A stretch of DNA of 61,796 bases, the filler included, from Myxococcota bacterium (GTDB lineage: Bacteria; Myxococcota_C; UBA6777), in NCBI GenBank assembly GCA_023150835.1. It is 3 parts of 3 records of this genome, joined end to end, with 100 filler letters (N's around TTAATTAATTAA, not from the genome) between each part and the next. Parts side by side here need not be neighbours in the genome. Positions count along the whole stretch, not along the records: positions 1 to 27,033 come from JAKLKB010000154.1; 2 more parts are not named here. One strand, given 5' to 3'. Shown here piece by piece: positions 9,501-18,676 of this stretch. Both the position numbers and the translations under genes were made by a program. Below the pieces are notes generated by a model, which saw only the letters and a list, made by a program, of their open reading frames with translations, was not told the DNA's origin and ran no database searches. How positions within the stretch are numbered: the first letter of the stretch is position 1; each line of letters starts with the position of its first letter.

Positions 9501-10532
9501 CAACTCGCACGCGATATCACCGCGATCTTGGGCCATCCCGAAGATCCTTGCTGCAAAGAACAGCGTCAGCGTCGTCGCCAAAAACTGAGCGGCCTCGGCC
9601 ATCTGCGCAGCATTATGCAGCGTGTCAAACACCGGATGCGTGAAGTCGGAACGCTCCCTTCCCAAGGTCAAAAGATCCGAGGTTGTGGCGTCCGCAAACA
9701 AACACGCGAGATCATCTATGAACGCAAGCCCAGCGGCGAAAAAGGCGAGGGAGGCCAAACCCTCCACCTTGGCGCGCAGCTTGATTTCCCTTTACTCGAT
9801 CAAATCCAGAAATTCGATCGCAACGCAACGGAACAAACCGTCTTGTGCAAGAAAGTTCGGCCTTTTGTGCGCTTGATGCGTGCCTATTTTGAGCGGCTTG
9901 GTCGAAAAAATGTGGACGAGTATGCTTCCCGGCGTGGACGACGCCTTGATATGGGGCAGATCCGCAACGCTTGTGTGCGGCCCCATCTCAATGTCCTCGT
10001 TCACAGCGAAGAGATCCATACCGCCGATCTCTATATCGGCCTATTGATCGACCGTTCGGGTTCGATGTCGGGTGATAAACTCGAAAGTGCCAAAGCCTTC
10101 GGCACCTTGCTTTGCGAAAGCGCCAAAGGCTTGCGCGGCATCCAAGGCCACGTCCACGCTTTTGATGACAACACATGGTATCCGCTCGGTGACTTCGAGT
10201 CGAACAACATCGCCTCCCTCAGCTCAGGCGGCGCAAACAACGATGCTGGCGCTCTTTTGCGCGCCGCAGAACTCGCACTCCAAAGCAAAAAGCGGCAAAA
10301 GTTGTTGATCATGATCAGCGATGGCTCGCCCACCGAATGTTCTGTCGAGTCGCTCAAAAAATTGGTCGAGATCCTCGGGCGCGAACACGGTATCCTTTGC
10401 GCCCAAGCTGCCGTCGAAACTCTCCCCGAGATCGCCTTCCCCCATTATGTCGATCTCAGCCAATATCGCTTTGGTGATGCAGTGCAGCGCTTTGGAAAAC
10501 TCCTGATCCGACTCACCCAACACGTCGCATAA
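6588..10532 (+). CDS. HEAT-repeat / HExxH metallopeptidase-like / vWA protein (1314 aa)
   Basis: Repeated D..x.VR..A..AL HEAT units to about aa 680; ALHEIGHH and DERLE; MIDAS LLIDRSGSM, SGGANND, IMISDG. Confidence 0.85.
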   Translation: MNLQQRFDERQASLTQAKNSQGSLRLEAIDALGKGGYADLEVLLFLRAGLVATSVGEGMACVRTLYRLQGDICLPWIIEALPSMPRGVAREAASWLTEQGHRGKRELTRLLDHKEDTLFAMISVLLFEEAPDMVADWCKRRLPQQDEARAQRALGLAVYLLEDGWQKEKKPKRRQQRNDMLLLLLRQKDHANETIREAVAKALKEAKDQDPLFVAAFRLPSMDAQEKLGVLGMLETKGREQHADCIEPLIDETNEEVFLTAFRVICKLDPSRRHKWFERCVQTTASSRFLTAISITKAANDHEVWNDLLQAPAMWGGMERIESIKALCEVFPRYNNATRKTEFVEILRRYASDPTDGVRETVFPQLARLATPAEESLFIAGVSDSTATVREHALLGLQQCSPEKAWEPAIALCRDGALTVKCAAYGVLLHDVARCPNKIFLQACREEDATLQQRAASSISRLPEALFRRLVGPLLTTRSQTVQATLERMAPLCEKDEQLALLRKGLLQAHPSGISAICKALFEQSPQPWTDLEEALPNMRPVVRAALVAVLRLDASEQAHQMLRHLLKDADAEVRRCALEALQEKSREEAMDAALTMRDDENAAIRLAAIQLLRTRTSDATLALLLPMARDEDASVRREALDALSAYDDPEVLSELVSSVNDVDEDIKTFAKELLQRNAEAVPALRHAHRRSFFWDDSDLPAGMPVWERLHQQVDEVRMWASRIGQLLLGAPVLVHQYRQGLGRTWRRSKDGVIEIELSDTPITQGHPFGEEIVKGLALHEIGHHLYDFGVRGFPTVRGIARSEGLGHLFDVLIDERLERRLRSRRPMWGIYFDRLASYAFAQRWHRLPLQELATFLERSVEEVREDIANGLLPGILVEAGEVLTEGRMMARFFGGFRSRRIEDLRIANADSVLLRDSDLLRIPDALAPETAFLWCLRCGFDPTLSPDPRIAQAIALVQGEFRHLEHAEILQLARDITAILGHPEDPCCKEQRQRRRQKLSGLGHLRSIMQRVKHRMREVGTLPSQGQKIRGCGVRKQTREIIYERKPSGEKGEGGQTLHLGAQLDFPLLDQIQKFDRNATEQTVLCKKVRPFVRLMRAYFERLGRKNVDEYASRRGRRLDMGQIRNACVRPHLNVLVHSEEIHTADLYIGLLIDRSGSMSGDKLESAKAFGTLLCESAKGLRGIQGHVHAFDDNTWYPLGDFESNNIASLSSGGANNDAGALLRAAELALQSKKRQKLLIMISDGSPTECSVESLKKLVEILGREHGILCAQAAVETLPEIAFPHYVDLSQYRFGDAVQRFGKLLIRLTQHVA

Positions 10533-10664
10533 TCGGGCATCTCGCAAAAAACAAAAAAATGCGAACCAAAACTGCGATCGCTCGTACTCTCGGCCAAACC
10601 AACGCACAAAAAGCTCTTGCTTTTGTGCAAACCCCTTCGTCTCGTTACCATAGGATTTACGCAC

Positions 10665-10745
10665 GTAGGGGCAGACAGATGTGGCTGCCCAAGGATAGGG
10701 CGTCTGGGCGCTACCCTTCGATCATAGATCACTCGGATATCGTAT
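10665..10745 (+). repeat. Family B element, partial or degenerate
   Basis: GTAGGGGCAG..GTGGCTGCCC core and right end CGGATATCGTAT. Confidence 0.7.
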
Positions 10746-11832
10746 CAGTCCTATTATTACCAGTAGATTTTTTGATTCTTGACGATTTGTTGGGCCCGAG
10801 GTGATCCCAACCCGCAACGGATGGCCCTTACACGCTGTCCGGGGCAAATTGAAAATCATCTCAATGGACGTAAAACGCGCGGTATCACGCTGCGCACGCG
10901 GCAACAGAGCCTAGTCAAACCTTTTGTTGCCGTCGGATGCAGAAACGGTACGGATCTTCAATCCACAGTTGAGTCCTCGTGAAAACGAAACCAGCAGTGT
11001 TTTGGCGGTTCGCCTGCATCGTCCCGGCCTTGGTTCGTTCGCGTCCCAAGTCACCGACGGGACCTTTGCATACGCAAGTGTGCTCAGACCTATCGACAAC
11101 ATCGTCTTTTTGGCGGTCGCGTCGAGAGTATCGTCGTCCGCGTTTAGGTTGTCGGTATGTGGCCCAAACACGGTCATCCACGCGCAAAACCTTGGAAGCG
11201 ATAGCCTCCACAAAGTCGGTCCTTGAATTTCAGGATCTGCTTTGCAAAAGGGCGGCGCACGGCGGATGATCCTTGTTCTTCAGCCCCTCCCCAGATCCAC
11301 GAACGAAGACCTGTGGTGTCCGAAAGGACCAATGGAGATGCGTCTCCGCCCGGCGAGTTTCTTGGGGTGCCTTTTGGCTTTAGGGTCTGTCCTGTGTCAC
11401 GGCTGCGTACCAAACATCCGACTAGGTCGGCAATGATCACCGCCCCGATGGTGCTTCTTTGCTTGGCGACCGAGTTCTTCGCTTTGTTGTTGATAGAATG
11501 ATCTTGTGGTGTGACGGCCACCAAAACTCTGTCATCGCGCACCTTCGGGTGTTTTGGCAAAGTTTCGGTCTCTTCGCCCGCCACGATCAAAGGGGAACGT
11601 CCCAAAGACTCTCCCTGCGCACACAACACCCGCGCCGAACTTCGTTGCGGGAGGACCGAAGGGTGGGAGCAATCCCACCCTTCGCAGAACCCCCCTGCTT
11701 TTCTGCCCTCCGCCTTTCCGCCTTCTCGGCTGGCTTCGTTGACCTCACCCCTGCCCCTTCGGGGCATCCCCTCTCCACGCTTACGCTCACTGCGTTCGCA
11801 ACGTAGAGAGGGGAAAAGGCAAAAACCCCGTC

Positions 11833-12230
11833 GCCGTGCTTTCCGCACTTTCCGTACTTTCCGCACTTCCGCACTTCCGCACTTCCGCACTTTCCGTACT
11901 TTCCGTACTTTCCGTACTTTCCGTACTTTCCGTGCTTTCCGTGCTTTCCGTGCTTTCCGTGCTTTCCGTGCTTTCCGTGCTTTCCGTGCTTTCCGTGCTT
12001 TCCGTGCTTTCCGTGCTTTCCTTTCCGTGCTTTCCGTGCTTTCCGTGCTTTCCGTGCTTTCCGTGCTTTCCGTGCTTTCCGTACTTTCCGCACTTCCGCA
12101 CTTCCGCACTTCCGCACTTTCCGTACTTTCCATACTTTCGGTATTTTCCGTACTTTCCGTACTTTCCGCACTTCCGCACTTCCGCACTTTCCATACTTTC
12201 GGTATTTTCCGTGCTTTCCGTGCTTTCCGT
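11833..12230. repeat. Tandem repeat array of 9-mers (CTTTCCGTR) interspersed with 8-mers (CTTCCGCA)
   Basis: Directly visible over about 400 bp. Confidence 0.95.
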
Positions 12231-12636
12231 GGACTCTTCTTTGCTGTGCGCCCTCTGCATGATGCCCGCGATTTGTACCCATGTAAGAGGCGGGGCTGGG
12301 GGTGAGGTGTATGGTGCATCCCCATACACCAAGCTTTCCGCCTTGGAGTTAACGAACACGGGGTTTTTGGCCAACTGCGTTGCTCCGATGAGAGATTCGC
12401 TTTCGAGCGTGTACACGCTTTTCATGCTTTGCCGTCTCTGCCCTCGTTCGCTTCGGCGTGTTAGAACACGTTTCAATTTTTCCACCATCTTCTTGATAAT
12501 TCATCGCAAATCTCATAAATCATTGATTTATCGAAACAAATATACGCACCGAACCGATACTCTGAACAATCTTCTCAAGCATTGCACAACGCAAGCTTCG
12601 GTTTTCGATTTTCATTATGCGTGGAAGGAAAAGAAC

Positions 12637-14739
12637 ATGTCCTCAAGAATCGACAACAACCGCCCCAATATCGCCCCCCCCGCCTCGCCTTCGACCCATA
12701 CGCCCACCCGATCAAACGCCACGACACCGACTGCACCAACCGCACCGACCGCGCCGACTGCACTCCCCACCACAGAGCGTCTCGCCGAAGCCAACGCAAC
12801 CCTCGCTCGTGCCGGAGAAACCGCACCTCGCACCGCACTTACTCGCGATATCGCAGGAGCCACTCCCTCCACAACCACCAACACCAACGCACGCAGCATC
12901 CCCCGTGAAACCGCCCCCACAAACCAACTCAACTTCAACACCAACCCCGAAGCCTTGCGCCGCGCCGAAGCCTCTTCGCTTGGCCGCCTCGCTGCCACCG
13001 AGATCCCCAAACATGCCGAAACCTACCGTCGCGCCTCCGAATTAACAGGCGTGCCCGCCGAGATGATCGCAGCGATACACGGAAACGAAGGCCAGTTCGG
13101 AACTTACCGCCCTTCCACACGCGGACCTGAATCGGGCTTTGGTCTCGACCCGCGCTCCGTCACCACCCAATGGGGCAACGAACAACTCGCCAAACACGGC
13201 CTCGGTACGTGGGAACGCGGTACAGGAACCGAGCGATCCACCCTCCAAAGCGCCGTGATCGCCGCAGAACACCTCAAACGAAATGCCGGATACGCGGGCA
13301 TCCAAGTGGATCGGCAAATGAACCAAGGCGAGATCGCAGGTGCCGTCCATTCGTATATGGCCGGCCCCAACTCTGGAAAACGCGCCAACGAAAACGGTAG
13401 CGGCTGGATGCTCAACCCCTCCGATCCCAACCCACACCCCCAACATCCGGGCGGAACAAGCATCGGTCGCAACGGTGAAACCATCCGCGTTGCACCTTCC
13501 CGAAAAGAAGGGCTGTTGCGTTGGGACACCTTGCTGCCGATCGCCCAAAAACACCTCGGCCAAACACCCACTACTGGCGCAACCGAACCTCGCACAGGCT
13601 CCGTTCCTCCCGATCACACAGGCTCCGTTCCTCCCGATCACACAGGCTCCGTTCCTCCCGATCATACGGGCAATCCCACGAACAACAACTCCCTCGGCCA
13701 ACTGCTCAACCGCAACCCCAACCTCCGCACCAACCAAGATCTGATCAACCATGCCTACAAAAACTCCGACAACACTTGGAATGGTGCTTCCAATTACGTT
13801 CGCGATCTCGGCCTCAATATCAACGACCTCGCTTCCAACCGCAACGGCTCTCTCCCTCGCTCCAACGGAACTCAACCCACCCAACCCACTCAACCCACCG
13901 CCCCACAAAGCCCCTTGGATCGGACCCTCGCACAAAATCCCGGCCTCCGCACCAACCAAGACATGATCAACCACGCCTACAAACAAGGCGGCAACACCTT
14001 CAATGGTGCTTCCAATTATGTCCGTGGCCTCGGCCTCAACATGAATACCCTGCTCGCCAATCGCGGTGGTGAGTTGCGCCAAGGCTCCACTCAACCCACT
14101 CAGCCCACTCAACCCACCCAGCCCACGGGCCCGATCAACCAACCCAACGGCACCGACCCCGTCAACGTCCCCCGCAGCCAGATCGATCGCTCGATCAACA
14201 ACGTGAACCCTTGGACGCCCGTCAATGCGCCACGTACGAACTCTCCCGATGCGCGTAATCCTTCGGAGTACTCCCGTGTGATCGATCAGTTTGGCGTCGA
14301 AAACAACGGTCGCTACGCCAAAAACCGCCAAGGATTGGGCGAAACCTACTGCAATATCTTTGCATGGGATGTCACCAAAGCGATGGGCGCAGAGATCCCT
14401 CACTGGGTCAACAGCAACGGTGATCCCGCCTCCCCCAGCACACGCGGCGCTCGCGAACTCACCGCCAACGCAACCCACGACTGGCTCAACCAACACGGCG
14501 CTCGCCACGGCTGGCGACAAGCCTCCGCCGAAGAGGCCCAACGCGCTGCCAACGAAGGACAGCCTTCTGTTGCCGTCTGGAAAAACCCTCATGGCATCGG
14601 TCATATCGGCGTGATCCGCCCGGGTGACATGACCGATCGCGGCCCCGCTCTCGCCCAAGCCGGCGGACGCAACCTCAACGATGCGCATATCCGCGACGGC
14701 TTCGGAAATGCCCAACCCGTCTATTGGGTCCACAACTAA
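12637..14739 (+). CDS. Multidomain peptidoglycan hydrolase: SLT/lysozyme-like domain, two internal repeats, Cys-His amidase/endopeptidase domain (700 aa)
   Basis: AAGGA then ATG (MSSRID). YRRASELTGVPAEMIAAIHGNEGQF resembles the SLT catalytic-Glu motif. Two ~50-aa NP.LRTNQD.INHAYK repeats. TYCNIFAWD...GHIGVI...AQAG papain-like Cys/His domain. Confidence 0.72.
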   Translation: MSSRIDNNRPNIAPPASPSTHTPTRSNATTPTAPTAPTAPTALPTTERLAEANATLARAGETAPRTALTRDIAGATPSTTTNTNARSIPRETAPTNQLNFNTNPEALRRAEASSLGRLAATEIPKHAETYRRASELTGVPAEMIAAIHGNEGQFGTYRPSTRGPESGFGLDPRSVTTQWGNEQLAKHGLGTWERGTGTERSTLQSAVIAAEHLKRNAGYAGIQVDRQMNQGEIAGAVHSYMAGPNSGKRANENGSGWMLNPSDPNPHPQHPGGTSIGRNGETIRVAPSRKEGLLRWDTLLPIAQKHLGQTPTTGATEPRTGSVPPDHTGSVPPDHTGSVPPDHTGNPTNNNSLGQLLNRNPNLRTNQDLINHAYKNSDNTWNGASNYVRDLGLNINDLASNRNGSLPRSNGTQPTQPTQPTAPQSPLDRTLAQNPGLRTNQDMINHAYKQGGNTFNGASNYVRGLGLNMNTLLANRGGELRQGSTQPTQPTQPTQPTGPINQPNGTDPVNVPRSQIDRSINNVNPWTPVNAPRTNSPDARNPSEYSRVIDQFGVENNGRYAKNRQGLGETYCNIFAWDVTKAMGAEIPHWVNSNGDPASPSTRGARELTANATHDWLNQHGARHGWRQASAEEAQRAANEGQPSVAVWKNPHGIGHIGVIRPGDMTDRGPALAQAGGRNLNDAHIRDGFGNAQPVYWVHN

Positions 14740-14932
14740 CCCCCCTCTCTTTCCCCCATCCCCCGCTTCCTCCCTCTTCTCCCGCACTCTCCACGTTTCC
14801 TCTTGATGATGACCTTCAAACGGCTTGGCAAACCACCGCGCAAGGTGTATGTGGGAAGAGTTCTCTTCTCTTTCGATCAGACGGCCCCATCGGGCGACTT
14901 TCCTTCCCCACAACAAAGGATCGAAAAAAACG

Positions 14933-16537
14933 ATGACAGAACCGATCTTTCAGGCCCCTGTTTCGCAAGCCTCCATCTCGATCTCCGAGCAACCCAACAC
15001 CGCCCAAGCCGAAGAAAATGGGCGTCTGCGTGAACCCGCAACCATCGTCATCTTCGGCGCAAGCGGCGATCTCAGCCGCCGCAAACTGATCCCTGCGCTC
15101 TATCATCTCCATCAATCGGGCTTTTTGCCGCACAATATGGCCATCGTCGGCTTTTCTCGCACCGAGATATCCGATCACGCTTTCCGAGAACGGATGTGCG
15201 AAAGCCTCTGCGATAACGTCGAATCCCCCGATTCTTTGCCCCAACATCCCTTGATCCGCTCGCTTTATTACGTCGCTGGCGACAGCAACGATCCTGCCGC
15301 CTACCGCAACCTTCACGAACGGCTCAACCAGATCGAAGCCGAACGCGGTATGCCGGGACATCGCTTGTATTATCTGTCCGTTGCACCCGCTCTTTTTCCC
15401 TTTATCACACAACACCTCTCTGATGCAGGGATGATCTACGATCGCTCAGATGCCCGATGGTCGCGTGTCATCATCGAAAAACCTTTCGGCCACGATCTCC
15501 ACAGCGCCCAAGAACTCAACCGCACCATCACCCGCTATCTCGACGAAAGCCAGATCTACCGCATCGATCACTACCTCGGAAAAGAGACTGTTCAAAATAT
15601 CCTAACCTTCCGCTTTGGAAACTCGATCTTTGAGCCGCTGTTCAACCAAAAATACGTCGAACAGATCCAGATCACCGTCGCCGAAACCCTCGGAATGGAG
15701 GGGAAACGCGGCCATTATTACGATCAAGCCGGTGCGATGCGCGATATGGTGCAAAACCACATGATGCAGCTGCTCACCTTGATCGCGATGGAACCCCCAA
15801 GCGCCCTCGAAGCCAACGCCATCCGCGACGAAAAAGTCAAAGTCCTGCGTTCCCTCCTACCCCTGCGCGAAGAAGAAGTCCGCGAACACACCATCCGCGC
15901 ACAATACACCAGCGGCGCACACAACGACGTCACTGTCCCCGGCTTCCTCGAAGAAGAAGGCGTTGCCCCAGACAGCCGAACAGAAAGCTACGTCGCCATG
16001 CGCGTTCAAGTCGATAACTGGCGATGGGCCGGTGTTCCTTTCTTGTTGCGTACCGGAAAGCGACTCCACAAAAGGGTCAGCGAGATCGCTGTCTTTTTCA
16101 AAAAACCACCCCTCCAGTTCTTCCGCAAAGACAGCAACCCCAACCTCTGCTTGCTCGCGGATCGCCCCAAAGCCAACCAGCTGATCTTTCGCATCCAACC
16201 CGACGAAGGCATCTCCTTGACCTTCGCAAGCAAACGCCCCGGAATGAAGCTCGATCTCGAACAAGTCAATATGGACTTTTTCTATCGCCAAGCCTTTTCC
16301 GAACGCTCTCCCGAAGCCTACGAGCGCCTTCTCTTGGATGCTTTGCGTGGCGATGCTTCTTTGTTCACACGCTCCGACGAAGTCGAGTTTGCTTGGCGCT
16401 TTATCCACGCGATCCACCAAGGCTGGGCCGCAGATCCCCATCCTCCCGTTCATTACACCGCGTTCACCGATGGACCCCGCGAAGCCCGCCGCCTGACCGA
16501 TGGCATCGCCCCTTGGCGTCCCCTCCAACAGATGTAA
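14933..16537 (+). CDS. zwf: Glucose-6-phosphate 1-dehydrogenase
   Basis: IFGASGDL, EKPFG, RIDHYLGKE, RWAGVPFLLRTGK, EAYERLL. Confidence 0.97.
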   Translation: MTEPIFQAPVSQASISISEQPNTAQAEENGRLREPATIVIFGASGDLSRRKLIPALYHLHQSGFLPHNMAIVGFSRTEISDHAFRERMCESLCDNVESPDSLPQHPLIRSLYYVAGDSNDPAAYRNLHERLNQIEAERGMPGHRLYYLSVAPALFPFITQHLSDAGMIYDRSDARWSRVIIEKPFGHDLHSAQELNRTITRYLDESQIYRIDHYLGKETVQNILTFRFGNSIFEPLFNQKYVEQIQITVAETLGMEGKRGHYYDQAGAMRDMVQNHMMQLLTLIAMEPPSALEANAIRDEKVKVLRSLLPLREEEVREHTIRAQYTSGAHNDVTVPGFLEEEGVAPDSRTESYVAMRVQVDNWRWAGVPFLLRTGKRLHKRVSEIAVFFKKPPLQFFRKDSNPNLCLLADRPKANQLIFRIQPDEGISLTFASKRPGMKLDLEQVNMDFFYRQAFSERSPEAYERLLLDALRGDASLFTRSDEVEFAWRFIHAIHQGWAADPHPPVHYTAFTDGPREARRLTDGIAPWRPLQQM

Positions 16538-16619
16538 TCCTTGCATTCTCCGCACAAAGTCGCTACACATCCATCCGCGCAAGGAGCGCACAGTTGCTTT
16601 TTTGTTGGAGATTGTCTGC

Positions 16620-17372
16620 ATGACGCCCGCTATGCCTGTCACACGAAAGATCTTTCCCGACACCCATCCGCTTTTTTTAGCGATGGCCCAAGAGCTTCGC
16701 AGCCTTGTGCGCGAACATCGCGGAGAACGCCCGTTTTCCATCGCGCTTGCAGGGGGCTCGACCCCTCAGCGTTTTTACGAACAGCTTGTACGTCCTCCTT
16801 TCAAAGAGCAGATCCTCTGGAAACAAGTCGCTTTTTATTTTGGCGACGAGCGTTGCGTCTCCCCCGATCACGAAGACTCCAACTACCGCATGGCCCACCA
16901 AGCCCTTTTTACCCACGTCCCCGAAGCCCAAGTCTTTCGTATGGAAGCCGAAGCCCCCGATCTCGACGCCAGCGCCGCTGCCTACGAAGCCTTGATGCGA
17001 CAACATCTGATCCGCGATCAAGACCGCGCCCCCGTCTTTGATCTGGTGTTGCTTGGCATCGGAAACGATGGGCATACCGCTTCACTTTTTCCCCAAACCA
17101 CCGCCCTCCACGAACAAGAACATTGGGTCGTCGCCAACGACGTCCCTCAGCTTAACACGCGCCGCATGACCTTGACCTATCCCGTCCTCAACGCCGCACA
17201 GCGCGTCTGGATCTTGGCCACAGGCATCAGCAAACGCCACATCATCGCCGACTGCCTCCGCTCTCACACCCCCCAAACCGATGCCGCCCGTTGGCCGATC
17301 TTGGGTGTCCAACCCTCCTCGGGAAATCTGATCTGGTGGCTCGATCGCGACGCTGCTTCTCTCCTCGTCTAA
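16620..17372 (+). CDS. pgl: 6-phosphogluconolactonase
   Basis: IALAGGSTP, FGDERCV, DSNY, LLGIGNDGHTASLFP, RMTLT; follows zwf. Confidence 0.95.
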   Translation: MTPAMPVTRKIFPDTHPLFLAMAQELRSLVREHRGERPFSIALAGGSTPQRFYEQLVRPPFKEQILWKQVAFYFGDERCVSPDHEDSNYRMAHQALFTHVPEAQVFRMEAEAPDLDASAAAYEALMRQHLIRDQDRAPVFDLVLLGIGNDGHTASLFPQTTALHEQEHWVVANDVPQLNTRRMTLTYPVLNAAQRVWILATGISKRHIIADCLRSHTPQTDAARWPILGVQPSSGNLIWWLDRDAASLLV

Positions 17373-18145
17373 GAGGGACAGTGATGTGTACACGAAGGAT
17401 CGTGCGTAGACGCCCTGTAATAGGGCAGCCACAGGGGGCTGCCCCTACACCGTTATGGTGACACCATGGGCGGATCTCCTCTTATACGATATCTGAGTGA
17501 TGTGTACACGAAGGGTCGTGCGTAGACGCCCTGTAATAGGGCAGCCATAGGACTTTTTCGCGTTGGTTGCCATAAAATCATGCCCCGTAGACGCCCTGTA
17601 ATAGGGCAGCCACAGGGGGCTGCCCCTACACCGTTATGGCGACACCATGGGCGGATCTCCTATTAGAGGGTGTTTGCGAAATAGCGAGATATTTTGGACT
17701 GGTACACAGAAACATCGGAGGAATGGACGTCTTGTGATGTCCCCTCTTATACGAAATCCGCCCGTTGCGTGATCGTAAAGAGGTAGGGGCAGCCCCCTGT
17801 GGCTGCCCGACAATCGGGCGATTCGCGAACCGCCCCTACATCATGCGATCATACATGACGCGGAGATATCGCGTTCAGATATCGCTGCTTTAGACACCCT
17901 CTTATACGATATCTGAGCGATGTGTACACGAAGGGTCGTGCGTAGACGCCCTGTAATAGGGCAGCCACAGGGGGCTGCCCCTACACCGTTATGGCGACAC
18001 CATGGGCGGATCTCCTATTATACGATATCTGAGTGATGTGTACACGAAGGGTCGTGCGTAGACGCCCTGTAATAGGGCAGCCACAGGGGGCTGCCCCTAC
18101 ACTTTGTGATCACACAACGAGCGGCTCTCGTATTAGACACCCTCT
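17371..18145. repeat. Cluster of family B (GTAG-REP-cored) elements, with AGAGGGTGT/ACACCCTCT ends
   Basis: GGGCAGCCACAGGGGGCTGCCCCTAC recurs at about 17423, 17604, 17959 and 18075, and in the opposite orientation at 17783. Confidence 0.9.
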
Positions 18146-18194
18146 ACCCCCCACGCTTTCGGCCCGATTGATCACATCTTGATGGCGCAGTAGA

Positions 18195-18318
18195 TAAAAA
18201 ACCCCGCGTTCGCACCCGTCCAAGCGACAGAGTCGTCTGGTTGAAAAACACCTGTTCTCTTCGCCTACACAGGGTCAAGGGGGCCGCGACCCCTTGCGGG
18301 GCGTGGGGCAGCGCCCCA
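18195..18318 (-). repeat. Family A copy
   Basis: Reverse-strand TGGGGCGCTGCCCCA..AAGGGGTCGCGGCCCCCTTGACCC..CGAACGCGGGGTTTTTT. Confidence 0.8.
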
Positions 18319-18510
18319 CAACAAAAAAGCCCCACAACAAAAAAGCCCCACAACAAAAAAGCCCCACAACAAAAAAGCCCCACAACAAAAAAGCCCCACA
18401 ACAAAAAAGCCCCACAACAAAAAAGCCCCACAACAAAAAAGCCCACAACAAAAAAGCCCACAACAAAAAAGCCCCACAACAAAAAAGCCCCACAACAAAA
18501 AAGCCCCACA
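18314..18510. repeat. Tandem 16-mer GCCCCACAACAAAAAA (about 12 copies)
   Basis: Directly visible; starts at the end of the family A hairpin. Confidence 0.95.
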
Positions 18511-18676
18511 AACGCCGAATCATTGCGATCGCCACAACGCCTTGACTTTTCCCCATCAAAAAGAGATACCGACCTGTCCTTTTCCGTCAAGCCGCATCAT
18601 CCCAGAGGGGCTGTTCCCATCGTGCGGCCTTGGAATTCTCACCGCACAGGGCTGTTTGACAGCCAGAGGAGGCGTC

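Noticed and set aside
11174-12636. Long ORFs through the VNTR, including the N-terminal 267 aa of the 967-aa ORF
   Set aside because: They are stop-free only because of the repeat; a good RBS and ATG lie at 12637.
13042-14916. 624-aa antisense ORF and similar shadow ORFs (5488-6744, 29062-30813, 38881-40146, 55515-57092)
   Set aside because: They overlap well-supported genes in another frame or strand and carry no motifs.
17371-18145. Possible CRISPR array of palindromic repeats
   Set aside because: Intervening sequences are themselves repeated, orientation varies, and the unit is dispersed across the window (REP/MITE-like).
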